From Marsupella aquatica (lineage: Eukaryota > Plantae > Marchantiophyta), in contig OZ316899.1 of NCBI GenBank assembly GCA_973895155.1, positions 11,996,834-12,060,833 on the forward strand: a stretch of 64,000 bases of DNA, in the 5' to 3' direction. Under the pieces are notes generated by a model. That model was not told the origin of the DNA and did not search any database. It worked only from the letters and a program-made list of their open reading frames with translations. Made by a program: the position numbers and the translations under genes. Shown here piece after piece: positions 1-12,399 of the stretch; position 1 is the stretch's first letter; every line of letters begins with the position of its first letter.

Positions 1-862
1 AGCTTCCTGGTATTGCGGAAGGTGATTGCAACTCTTTGCGAAAGGTGATTAGTGCGGATGTGAAGGGAGGTGATTGCTTTGTTCGATCTGTAAGGTGGAC
101 TGCAAAGCTCACAGAGGCAGTGAAACTTTAGTCACGACGCGGACTAAAGTGAAGCTTGGGAGTTTAGAGTGGGCACAATAAAAATCACTAGTTTGCAATT
201 TTCCTTGTCAACTAGCCCATTTACACATTCTTTACAGGGTCTACAAGTCAAGCCTTGCACACATGTACATTCCCTCACAACTTCTCACTTCTAATTTGGC
301 TTTGGAACTCAACCCTTACACTTAAAAGATCATCCAGATTGACTCGGGCCGCTGTCAACTTGGGTTCTAAAACCAAACTTAACACCAATTTGTAATCTTT
401 TTTACAGGCCTACAAGGAGCTACTTGTAGTGTAAAATGGCATTTGCTACGTCTTCATTTTGCAGTTTCAAAATCTCACTCCCAAAAAGTGTTGCCTTCAC
501 TACTTTGGGTTGCTTTAATTTAGGCTTTTCAAACTCTAATTAAATTCTATGGAGCTGTGGACCTAATGTCTATCTTTCACACTAATGACCCTAGTTTGTT
601 CACTCTTTTAGATGCACTTCTTCATCACAACAAATTCTTCAGCTTTTTTATCAACTAGCCCATTTACACCCTGTTTACATATGATTTACACACTATTTAC
701 ACCTCTGTTATAGGGTATTTAAATCCAAGCTTGAGCACCGTCTCTCCAATGGCCTGAGCCTGCGCTTGTACCTCACCTTTTGTCTTTGGTAAGGGTTTCT
801 TCCAACCTGGCATTCACCTTACCTTTGTCTTTTCTGAGGGTTTCTCCCGACCTGGGTGACGA

Positions 863-1040
863 CTTCCTCCTGTCCTAGCCACCTTCCCGCCGCTACCCAA
901 TTTGAAAATGCAAGAGCTTGTTTCAATCACTGAAACCTGCCGTGCTCACGGCTTCCTCCTGTCCTAGCGACCTTCCAGCCGCTACCCAATTTGAAAATGC
1001 AAGAGCTTGTTTCAGTCTCCCTGAAATCTGCCCTGCTCAT
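863..1040. repeat. 89-bp tandem duplication (2 copies)
   Basis: CTTCCTCCTGTCCTAGC...GCTACCCAATTTGAAAATGCAAGAGCTTGTTTCA starts at 863 and again at 952. Confidence 0.9.
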
Positions 1041-1429
1041 GAGCTCAGCACTTGCGCTAGCAAAACTGCCTAATATTTCTTACGCGTAGCTTTCATGGTA
1101 TCTAGTGGCAGTGGTGGAATATTTGAGAAGGAAGTGGATCGGGGACTCAAGGATAAGGCAGCGGCTCATTCGAACAATGCGCACCTTTGTAGTCAGAGCA
1201 AGGTCTCGCTGAATTGCACTACGACACAGAATCAGTGTTCCCTATTTTCTGCATTGTTCCATATGTTTGTGGGAGAATACAAAAGCTTTGGATAGACTTT
1301 TTCTATTTGTTTGAACCACAAATCTTGGTGTTGGAAGACTGTTTTGTTGGAAATCGATCTAGCTATGTTGATACTCTTGCTCATGCGCCCAACGTGGATC
1401 AACCTGCTGGTGCCAAAGTCGTTCTAGTG

Positions 1430-2130
1430 TTCAAGTTTCTTCTCAATATGGTACGTGGATTTTTTCAAGTTCCAATGTCCACACAGTGAACTGCAAAATC
1501 CATTTTTTAAATTACTCACTCGATTCTTGATGAATGTTGACAATCATTGGCTAGTTAGAATCGTCTCTTGAAGATCTTTCCAATGATGTATTCCACGCAG
1601 AATTTCATTAGGATTTGACTCGGGAATGTCAAATCGAAAATTGCTGTCAAAAAAAGTTCTGCGAAAATCTGAGAAATTCAATTTAGTGTAACTTTTTCAA
1701 ATCTTAAGTATAATCTGTGATCTTGGAGTGGTTAGAAGCGGATTTAACATATCTTTCTGATGCACCATGCCACAACCATTCAACTCTTGAAGTTTCTCCT
1801 CAGTACAGTACGTGGATGTTTTCAAGCTTCACTGTCCATACGTACAATGAACTGCAAAATCTACTTTTCAAATTACTCACTCAATTCTTGATGAATGTTG
1901 ATAATCATGGGCTCATTAGAATAGTCTCTTGAAGATCTTTCCAACGATGTATTCCACACAGAATTTCACGAGGATTTGACTCAACAATGTCAAATCGAAA
2001 ATAGTTGTCAAGAAAAGTTCTGCAAAAATCTAAGAAATTCAATTTAGTGTAACTATTTCAAATCTTAAGTAAAATTTGCGATCTTGGAGTCTTTAGAAGC
2101 AGATTGAAGAGATCATCCTAATGCATCATA
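1430..2130. repeat. ~360-bp diverged tandem duplication
   Basis: Blocks TGAACTGCAAAATC..AAATTACTCACTC..AATGTCAAATCGAAAA..GAAATTCAATTTAGTGTAACT recur with ~360-bp period. Confidence 0.85.
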
Positions 2131-2840
2131 GTACTCTCTGTTTTGTTGCGGATTGACAATGTCATTAACTCAAAATTATGTTGCTTTACAGGTATGTCAG
2201 CCTAGAGAGGTTTTGAAAACGAATTTCTGCAAAAAACATTTTGGATTTAGAGAATTGCAGAATTGCCTCTGGCTTGCTACGCTTCCATTGACACTCAGGT
2301 CCTGCACTCATTTCAAGAGTTGTGTAAGGACTGTACCACATCTAAGAGATCTGTAGAGAGATTTTTGCATGGAATTTCTGAAGTAGAAAATGACCTGGTA
2401 TTTGGCAGGTGGCAATCTCTTTCTCTCTCCCTTGTTTTTTTGGCTATCACGTTTTCCCTCTGTCCCTCTTTGTTTTGTAGACTGCTGCCTGAGAAATCTG
2501 AACATGTGTATATCTCCAATGCAGCGTTTCAAGTGTTCTCGGCAATGTACACTTCTGGGCGGGCACGAAGTGGATGCAGCATAAGGTTGGGGAGGGATCT
2601 GGGTGCCTCAAAGCTTAGAAGCATCCTTAATTCTAATTTGGGGAGTTCTCGTTTTTAATGAATCAAAGTTTGGTCCAAGAAGTTTCTCATCTCTTGTGGC
2701 CTTGGTGATTGCATAATAGAAAACGAGAGAGCATGAATAGGACAACCTATTGATACTTCTGGGCCACCTCTGGGCCACAAAGTTGATGCAGCATAAGGAG
2801 GGGGGATCTGAGAGGCGCTGTGATCACAAACATAGCATGT

Positions 2841-3301
2841 TAATCTCTTTTAACATAACTTTAGTTTGTTCTCTGTTGTGTACAGTAATGCTATGGCCAT
2901 CCTATGGGTTTTGAGGACTTCACATTATAAGGTGATCATTTTTTTTCTATTCTACCTTTGTGTGTGTCTTGCAATAAGCTACTTACTGCATATCACTTGT
3001 AAAACTTAAAGTATAAATATAGTGAAGTTTTTGTGTGGTGCAGGACAGTTTGGTTTGAAAAGGTTATTTCTTGGAGGGTGAAACAAGAGCATTTGTGCCT
3101 AATCTCTTCTAAAATAACTGTAGTTTGTTCTCTGTTGTGTACAGTAGTGCTATGGCCATCCTATGGGTTTTGAGGACTTCACATCCTAAGGTGATCATTT
3201 TTTTCTATTCTACCTTTGTGTGTTTCTTGCAATAAGCTACTTACTGCATATCACTTGTACAGATTAAAGTACAAATGTAGTGAAGTTTTTGTGTGGTGCA
3301 G
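2841..3301. repeat. ~200-bp direct duplication, 259-bp period
   Basis: TAATCTCTT...GTGTACAGTA(A/G)TGCTATGGCCATCC...TTTTGTGTGGTGCAG at 2841-3043 and 3100-3301. Confidence 0.85.
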
Positions 3302-3820
3302 TAGTTTTGATTCTCAAGTTGGCATGGCAAAGTTGGGATTAATTTCTGAAAGATTAAAGTAATTCTTCATGCAGGAGTAAGTAATCCTTGAGATGATAGT
3401 GCAACTGGTATGCTCCAACTGTACCTTTAACTGTTAGATTGAGCTCATCATATTCCTCTGCCCAGGTGAACAATGTCCCAACAGAGCCTCTGCCCAGGTG
3501 AATTTTCATTTTGTCTAACCAATTGGAACCAGACTGCCTAACAATTATTTCACATAATAGAGATTACATGATGTCTCACAACTCTTGTGTGTGATTACAG
3601 GACTGCTGTTGCATCAATTGTACATGTCTTGCCATGATCAATTTTTGGTGAGCAATGAAATCACTCCTTGAGCAAGTTTGACAAAGTTCAAGGAGCATAA
3701 GCTAGTTTGGGGGATAGGATTAGACGGTCATGATTGCCCACATAGTAGATCTATTGACAGTTTCTAAAATGTACAATTGTTAACAATAAAAATGTCTGGA
3801 TCCTTTCAATATAAGATCTA

Positions 3821-3963
3821 TGTTGTAACTCATACTTGAGTTAAGTCTACCTTTGGGATAACTACCTATGTAACTACCCTAACTACTTAGGCCGTAGCCA
3901 CATGTACATATTCTACCAAGAGTAAAGATGGAACCAACTCTTTGTCTCATTTCTCCCACAACA
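3821..3963 (+). repeat. 5' LTR (143 bp)
   Basis: Identical to 6629-6771. Confidence 0.95.
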
Positions 3964-6628
3964 CGTTATCAGCACGAGCCTAAGACTGGCTGAATTTTTT
4001 TTTAGGCCATGACTGATTCACTCTAAGACGAAGAAAGAAGGGAAAAGACGTGATTCGAATGTGCCAAAGTTTTTTTTGCGAGAGCTGCTTGAAGCGCTGC
4101 ACGAGCAATTTTTCTTTGGAAGAAAGGCCAAGGAAGAATTGATCCCAGCTATGGTGAATTGAATATCAAGGCGCCATCTTATTCGGTGCACGCTTTTCAA
4201 GTCAGTATAGCAGTAAGGCAATAGCAACAGTCAGTCAGAGCCAATGTTGTTGACGCGTTCACAAATCTGGAAACGAGCCAGCGATTGGAACTCCAGCCAT
4301 TTCGAGGAGTCGGAAGTTGGTGGCCAAGGTGTTTTCTCACTCCCTGGCGAGCAAGACCCTCACACCAACTACATCTTTTATTGATAAGATTTCTAGCGAG
4401 CACCAGCTCACTGACGGCTGGTCGTGAGCGCACAACAGATTGGAGTACGACAACCTACTCTATTTCCTGTGTTTGCTTCCAGTTCTACTCGAGTCTACCG
4501 CTGGAGGCATTCGAAATGGACGAAGCAGTAACAGGATGTTGTGATTTCTTTCCCGACACTACGCTTTCCCGACACTATGCTGACAGAAAAGCAGGACAAA
4601 CATGGGGAAATTAAACCCGTTGGTCGCATCACTGGAAAACGAAAGAAGGATTTGGAGCAATCGCGTAAGAAGTGCAAAAAGAAGCAAGTGAAGAAAGTCG
4701 CGACTTACAGACCATAGAAAGTAGCGACCTCCACTTCAGGCAGCGAGATCATCACACAAGCAAACCGATCCAAGGCGCAGATCACAGCCTCAATTCCATA
4801 AGGAACTCGTAAGGATAGCAGGAGATAAGGAAATTTTTCTTAGAAGATTCGAAGAGAACTCAAGAAGAAAGCAGAACAGAACGGAAGTCTATCCCCAACC
4901 GAGGATCACAAGATTACATTCTTCGTTAGTCATTGATGAGTCTTTTGCCCTTCGAGAGTAACCGATCTTGAAAAGCAGCATTCCCCTCCAGGGTGAAAAG
5001 GATAAGAAGAGCAAGACGACAGCAATAGAGAGAAGACGATCGAAAAGCGTAGGCAGGTCCCGTGAATTACCCTCATTCGCCGTTGCCCCTTCTGGAGAGC
5101 AACGATGGGTTTGTTCGAGAGCAGCTGGTACCCTGAAGGAAGATGATAAAGAAGAGGAAACCGAGCTACTGGATGCTCTAGTTTCTAAGCCGTACTGCGA
5201 TGATGACGGCCTTTCCTACCGGCATTCTCACCAGACTTTACTATGTTGATGGAGACACCAAGAGCTTGATCGACTTTACACATCCATGACAATGGAGATT
5301 GAAGGAAGATTTCACATTTAGGGAGCACGAACAAAAGACCCTCGGAGAAAAGAGGATAAGAGCACGAAGGGAACGCGCGCAGCAAAGAACAAATCTCGCA
5401 ACAAAAATGCTGAAACGTCGAGAAAACGTCGAGAACATACCGCTAAGTGCAAACCCTCCTTAATTGCAAAACCCGTCAAATAGATTTGCGTATACAAAGA
5501 ACAATGTGCACTGAACCAGGGAAACACACATACTAAGAACGGGGACGAAATGGCATTAAAATGAAAGATATCTATTGGGAATATTACCATATAAGAATTG
5601 CCATTCACAAATTCAGGGGGAGAATTGTTTTTCCCAACGTGCCTACTGCACTTAAAAGTTAAGCTCCGTGCCTACTACACATGGAAGCCAATGAGTGCCT
5701 ACTGCACATGGAAGTAAATGACAAATTGAGGGGGAGACCTCAAGTAAGACTTGACATCAAGCAATGTAACCCATGGGATGTGCCTATTGCACAAGTGCCT
5801 TTCGCACCAATGAATACCTAAAAATGGAACTCTATTCCATGCATATGGCAAATCATGAAATCTAAGGAATTTTTATAAATGATTGAATATGGTGTTAACA
5901 CAATCACTTACCAATACTTGATGAGGTATACTGGATATTAAAGTACCATATGATAATATGAGGTACAGTACCAGGTCATAAGGTACCATAAGGTGAGACA
6001 TGGCATGGTAAGGCACCATAAGAGATGGTGCGCCATACCCCAATATGATAACCCTACGTTGTGGATATGGTACGTGATGTGGTGCAAATAGGTTATGCCC
6101 ACACCAAATCTAGGGTTGGACACCCAATCCAATTCCAAGGCCATGGATTACACCATATCATCTTCGTTTTGTACTAATACTTTACTTTGTCATGGCATGT
6201 AATCGGTGACCATCAAGGAGTCTCCATTTCCAGATTGGAAGGAGACACGAGAAACAATCAACCAAGGAAGATCTTCAACAAGCCTATAGTGTTGACAAAC
6301 ACCTTAAGAGACTTTGTAGAAATTACACATACACTATATTCTTAAACCCAATTATGTTACACCCATGGGGATGGTAATACTCTTTCCTCCCACAAAGAAA
6401 GTAGGGGAGGTTTTAATGAGGTTACATCCCCCACTTACACTTTACCATGCAACATGAATTATAAGACATCTATTAGGAGAAGCTTGACATTCATTTATAG
6501 TAGACTTGAGATGGCTACACCATTTATAAAATAGGCTAGACATAAACAAAACCTATTGTATACCACTGAATATACCCAAAGTAGACTCTTGATTGTAACA
6601 TTTCAACCCCAATGTTACAAAGGGGGAG

Positions 6629-6771
6629 TGTTGTAACTCATACTTGAGTTAAGTCTACCTTTGGGATAACTACCTATGTAACTACCCTAACTACTTAGGC
6701 CGTAGCCACATGTACATATTCTACCAAGAGTAAAGATGGAACCAACTCTTTGTCTCATTTCTCCCACAACA
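6629..6771 (+). repeat. 3' LTR (143 bp)
   Basis: Identical to 3821-3963, preceded by PPT. Confidence 0.95.
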
Positions 6772-6963
6772 ATCTAGGAGTTCTTTGAGTTCTTTATTGT
6801 GAATGTCATATATATGATGTTTTTGTTATTGTTTAGTGGTTTCCAATCATTGTGATGTAACATGCTTACATTTTTAATCTTGTTGTGGGTCTTGTTGTGG
6901 ACGCATTGTGGATTTCATTTTGAATATCAATCATGTGAAAACATTTTGGATTTAAAGACAATG

Positions 6964-6976
6964 TTTTCTACTAGTG
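6964..6976 (-). repeat. CACTA-type terminal inverted repeat (element extends leftwards)
   Basis: TTTTCTACTAGTG = reverse complement of CACTAGTAGAAAA. Confidence 0.6.
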
Positions 6977-7215
6977 TATAAAAGACTGAAAACGACTCAC
7001 CAAAGCTACCGACACAAAGACTACAATAGACTGAAAATCCAGTCTATTAAACGACTTACAAACCAGTTCTATAAAGGACTCAGTTAATTATAGTAACAAA
7101 ACATACGACTCGCAGTCCTAAAAAGGACTGGAGTCCTTCCCAGTCGTTTCCAAGTCCTATACGGTACTGAATAGTCGTTTAATGGGGTCTAAATACCCCC
7201 CGGTTTCTACTAGTG
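6977..7215 (-). mobile_element. CACTA element terminus with subterminal repeats
   Basis: Ends in TTTCTACTAGTG (7204-7215); direct and inverted AAACGACT/AGTCGTTT and AAAGGACT/AGTCCT motifs. Confidence 0.75.
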
Positions 7216-10200
7216 AGACGCACACAACGAGATACACATACAGCTCATACTATGCACAGTCCCTTACATATCCAAAATAGCCTCTTGCACATCACCCAAC
7301 AGGGCTGCGGCACATTGGCGAACCCATGCTTGGTGTTTCACAGCCTACTTCTCATACTCACACATGCCATTTTCGTCTGGCATCCTACTCACCAAGTTAC
7401 TGCGGTTGCACAAACAAGTCATCCATTTATTGCTCATACTTGCTACTCATTGCACTTCAAAGAGTCACCTACTCACAACAAAACAAATCCAACTACTCAT
7501 CATCTTCGTCCATGTCAGCTTCAACCTCTCCCTCATAAGTCTGTCTCATTGTCAAGGGGATGTACTCCTTGGTCCCCTGGCCCCGATGTACAACGTCTAC
7601 TGGCGGCTGTTCAAAGGCCCCATGTGCATCCAAACTGAACTCTATTTTAGTACCCTCCATCCTTCGAACTGTAGGTGAGCTATGGCAGACTACACGCCAA
7701 CCACGAGACTCCTCCACATCTAAAAAAAATACTTGCTCCACTTGACTTGGGAACACAAAAGGCTCCATCCATTCTGCCAGTCTTTGGTTAAAATTGACCA
7801 TTAGAAAGCCATCCATATCCCGTTTCATGGTCGCTCTTGGCCCATGCCAATCTGGCTTCACCCATGAACCTTTCATTAGGATGATTTGTTGTGATGTGTT
7901 CCCATAATTCAGTGCCCAGATGTCTGCCAACTCCCCAACATATCCCATCTCCATCCAGCCCCTGTTGCTTTGAGCATCTATATGCTCAAACACAGATATT
8001 ACCCCCAAATTATATGTCACTAAATGCTTGTCCTCATCATCATGCACACGGTACTGATTCCCATATGCTTTCATCCATTTATACCGCTGTACAATACGTC
8101 TGGGAGGCACAGACAAGAGGAGAACATCTCTATCCATGTTTGGGTTCTGCCTACTATGCTCTCGAATTGTTGTCCTGATCCACTCAGGAAAAGTAGGGAA
8201 TGCCTGGTGATTTAACCCTAATTGGGCGGCCTTCTGCACATTGTATTCCCTGCATGATGACAATGAGAACAATTTCTCAATACAATGTACATATCCTACC
8301 AAAATGGATATGAATAAAGAAGGAATGCAGGGAGGGTGCGGAAACATGAGTACTCACTGCCACCAAGGTTGCATCATGACTGTATTGTGTAAGACATATA
8401 AGTGTGCTGCATCACGAACTTCTGCAGACAATTGCAAGGAAGTAAAAGCGCCTTGAAGAACCTCTCCAGCCACCCCCTCTTCTTCCTCAGCATCCCACAT
8501 CCTGCTCCTAACACTGTCTACACCAGCCATGTACTCTGTAAGGAACCCCAAGGTCTCTTCTTGAATGTAACCAAGAGCCATGCTTGCTTCAAGCCTGTAA
8601 TAAGTACGTACATGGCCTTTTAGCAACTTCATGTACCGTTCCATCGGATACATCCACCTTGTACTCACTGGGCCATAGTGGCCCAGATCTTCAACCGCAT
8701 GGATGATCAAATGAGTCATGACATCAAAAAATGTTGGCGGGAAATAAATCTCCAAGTCACAAAGCACACGCACAGTATCTGCCTTTAACTGAGGAAATGT
8801 TGTAGGGTCCCACACCTTCACACAAATACGACGAAAGATCTGACACAGTCTCAAAATGACATTGCGAACTGGTTTTTGCATCAATCCCCTCAGACATACT
8901 GGTAGAATGTCTTGCATCATAACATGGAAGTCATGAGTTTTCATGCTTCCCAACTTCTTCTTCCTTATATGCTTTGCAAAGGCTCCAGCGTACCCAGAGG
9001 GTACTTTGAACGAACTCAGCCTAGACAAAATTGTGTTCCACTCGTTCTGGGTGCAAACATATGGAGCTTGGTACTTGAAAACCACACCCGACCTATTCTG
9101 GGATTCTTGCAGCCAAAGTTGAGGACGAATGCCCTTCTCCTGAAGGTCCTTTCGTACTGCTGCAGTATCGTTGTCCCCCGACAGAAACTTCAAAAGACTT
9201 TCGCATACATTCTTCTCAATGTGCATAACATCAATGTTATGTTTGCTTGGCTCAAAATCCTGCACCCATGAAGTACGCATGATTGCCACAATTAGGTTCA
9301 GACACAAGAACTAAAAACTGTTGTGCATAGGATCTGAAGAGGTTCACTGAGTACAAGTGAATATGCAAATGTTACCTTCCAATACTCCAATGATGTGTCC
9401 ATCATTGTCTGCCTTTTGATGCCATGAGTCTTTGCTGGGTCATCTGGCACGTCTCTACAAGCACCATATTCATCATAAGACACCTTGTTCAGTCCCCACT
9501 GCAGAAGTTGGTCTCTACTAACCAACACAGGAGACTCTCAAAGCTCCCTCTGGTTGTTGAAGCGGGCTATGTGGGATTGCCTATGCCTGAAAGGGTGGTC
9601 GGCAGGAAGATATCGCCTGTGGCCTTGGAATTTGATACTGCCCAAGGAAACGGACCGTTCAGATGTAACATCTGGGCCACATCGTGTGCAACCCAGATAT
9701 CCCTTCCCTACCTGCCCAGATATCATGCTATGTCCAGGGTAGTCTGCTATTGAATTAACACACATTGCACGTAGGTTGAATGTCCTCGGTCTACCAGGTC
9801 CACAAAGTGCATCAACTGTCATAACTCCATGTGTCCATAGAGTAACCCATTCCTCCACCGCAGGGGCCAACCAAACATCTATGTTTGCACTTATAGCAGA
9901 TTTTGGGCCGGGAATCATAAGACACAAGATCACAAAAAAAACGCTTGGTGGATATCCAAGGTGGGAGATTATAATTTATCAAAGTCACTGGCCAGCAAGA
10001 ATACACGTTGTTCTTGTCTCCAAAAGGATTAGCACCGTCAAGGCTTAGACCAAACCTCACATTTCTGCTCTCTGCTGCAAAGTCCGGCCACTTCTCATCT
10101 ATGTACTTCCAGTGGTTGGAATCTCCAACGTGACGTTGCAAACCATCTGTACTCTTCTGATCAGAGATCCAAGTCATCATCTTAGAAATGGATGGACACC

Positions 10201-11112
10201 TATAGAGTCGCTGCAATCTTGGAATGAGAGGGAAATGCCGTAGGACCTTAGCAGGTTGAGTTGACTTCCCCACGTTCTTATATCTGTGCTTTCCGCAGAT
10301 AGGGCAGGATAGGCAATCAGCATATTCTTTTCTGAAAAGTACATGGCCATTTGGGCATGCATGGATGGACACATAATTCAAACCAAGTTTTCTCATCACC
10401 TTCTTTGCCTCATACATGTTCTTAGGAGCAATGTTTCCAGCGGGTAGTACTGTCCTCTGTAGGAACATCAACAACTCTGTTACACATATGTTGGGCACAC
10501 GGTGACATCCACATATATTGAGGAACATCACTATGAACCCTAGTTTGGAGCAATTTGCACCACCATACAATGGGGACGTAGCTTCCTCCAAGTAGGCCCC
10601 AGTTCCCAAGAATTGACCATCATCTCCAGCTCCTTCTCCAATGTCAAACTCTTCTTGGTCCGATGGATCTGCACCATGCATGTCTGGTTCTTCGTCCCCC
10701 TGTGCCTCTGCATCTTCATAAAGTGCATCCAGGTCTTGAAAAATGTCTGAAACCATCCTAGGAACATCTGCCCCGTCCTCATTAGAAGTCTCGGGACCTC
10801 CCTATGGAAGATACTCATCTTCGGCATTGTTGCCTGCATGACCAGTGACGTTATGAAAGAATGCAAAGCGTCTTGCTGTATTCACATTTTCAAAATCTGC
10901 TCTCCATTCATCATCCGATGAATCCTCTTCCTCTCGCACATTCCACACCCTGCGGATTGGATGTCTTCCATGCCTTTGAAGATGAGAATGCACTTGGTTC
11001 AGGGTCATCGAGTGGTATCCTTGACATTGCATGCAGGGGCATCTCATCCGGGCATTTCTGCCCCGACTTGCTCTAAGCACCTCTCTATTCCACAACTTGG
11101 AGTCATGACGTG

Positions 11113-12330
11113 TGTGATGCCTAGACAGGAATCACTCGGCCAGTTAAGTGGGTAAAGCAGGAAGGCACCCTAGGAACACCTTAGTATAGGGACAAAACAA
11201 GGAAAATATAAACAATTAGGGGCAACCATGGAACCCGGGCCGAGGCCGGAGGTAAGGACGCTGAGGGTGAAAACTCGATTAGGGTTAGGGCACGTTAAGC
11301 GTCGGCGGCTAGGAAGGATCAACGGGAAGAAGGACCGGCAGTGGCTGAGGAGGAAGCGTTGGGGGCGTCCATTAAGGATCCACCACCGGTGTCGTGACGG
11401 TGCAAGGGCGCCGTTCCTTTTAGGGAGGGCGGACGTGGAGGGAGGAGGCGTGAGTGGGCAGGGAGGAGGCGTGAGTGGGCAGGGCGGGCGCTGATCTCCA
11501 AGTTTAAGATTAGGATCAGGACCAGGAGCGACCCTGACACTTAGCTTAGTGGGATTGCGGTCCCACTGGTAGGAGCAACACTTGTGCTCCTGCCTTGCTG
11601 TACATAGGTAGATTCGGGCAAGTAGATTACTGTTAAATAGATTAGGCTTACGATGCAAAGAATGGCGGATCCACTACCAGGATAAGTACCTGGGCAGTGG
11701 GGAGCTCAGGGCCTCTTCTTTAGCAAGTTTTTAGTTTGCACCAGCCGGGCTGGGATCAAGTAGTACGAGAAGCTCTCGGTTAGTCATACAGTGACCCTTG
11801 TGTATATTCATGTTTCCTCATGCCTAAGAGCTGAATAGAGTTGGCCTCACGGCTTAGTTCGCAGAGCTTGTGTATGAGATGTACTGTTTGTATGGCAAGT
11901 GCATGGTATGACTCAGTCAGAATGAGTCATTTTGCTATTTGTGTGTCGCATTAACTTGTGTGAAGAGTGCCCACATCAACCAAAAGGAAGGAAAGTAAGC
12001 AGGGGAGTGAGAGTTGGATGTGTCGAGCTGAGAGAGGTCTTAGCGGCTTAACCAAGCCTATTGGGGATCATTCCGGCGGCGGAATCCAAACATACCTAAC
12101 AAGACGGAGGGGAAGACAGGGGAAGGCCTAGATTAGGCCGGCTACGTATCTCATGACCCGATGAAGGATCTGTCCAGTATATGTGTGTAAAATGTTAATA
12201 GTAGTAGTAGAAGGTTAGCAGCGTCCCATGCCGCTAAGCCGCGGAAACGGCCTCGCCAAGCGCGAAACCTGCGGGAATCGGCTTGAGCTGGGGGGTTTCT
12301 TGGGTTTAGGGAGCCATGGGACGCACCACA
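11113..12330 (+). repeat. 5' LTR (1218 bp, with 21-bp internal duplication)
   Basis: Near-identical to 17905-19101; extra GGGAGGAGGCGTGAGTGGGCA copy near 11440-11481. Confidence 0.95.
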
Positions 12331-12399
12331 TTTTTGGCGCTAGATGGAGGGGGCATTTCTTAAGCCATGAGATATGAAGTTAGAACGGAAGCGTAGGTA

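Larger units (their letters stand above)
3821..6771 (+). mobile_element. Non-autonomous LTR retroelement with Bianca-type PBS
   Basis: Identical 143-bp LTRs (TG..CA) at 3821-3963 and 6629-6771; TSD ATCTA at 3816-3820 and 6772-6776; PBS CGTTATCAGCACGA at 3964; PPT AAAGGGGGAG at 6619-6628; no recognisable gag/pol ORF. Confidence 0.92.

Noticed and set aside
186-192. CACTAGT as the missing left CACTA TIR
   Set aside because: Does not continue as AGAAA, has no subterminal repeats and no matching TSD
2841-3700. Possible small exons (AG..GT bounded) of a plus-strand gene
   Set aside because: Could not assemble a convincing reading frame or recognise a domain
11279-11290. TTAGGGTTAGGG telomere-like motif in the gypsy LTRs
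   Set aside because: Only two units; at most a telo-box, not a telomeric array
11170-11658. Antisense 155-162-aa ORFs and 81-88-aa Arg-rich ORFs in the short LTRs
   Set aside because: By-products of the LTR deletion junction and GC-rich sequence; no motifs
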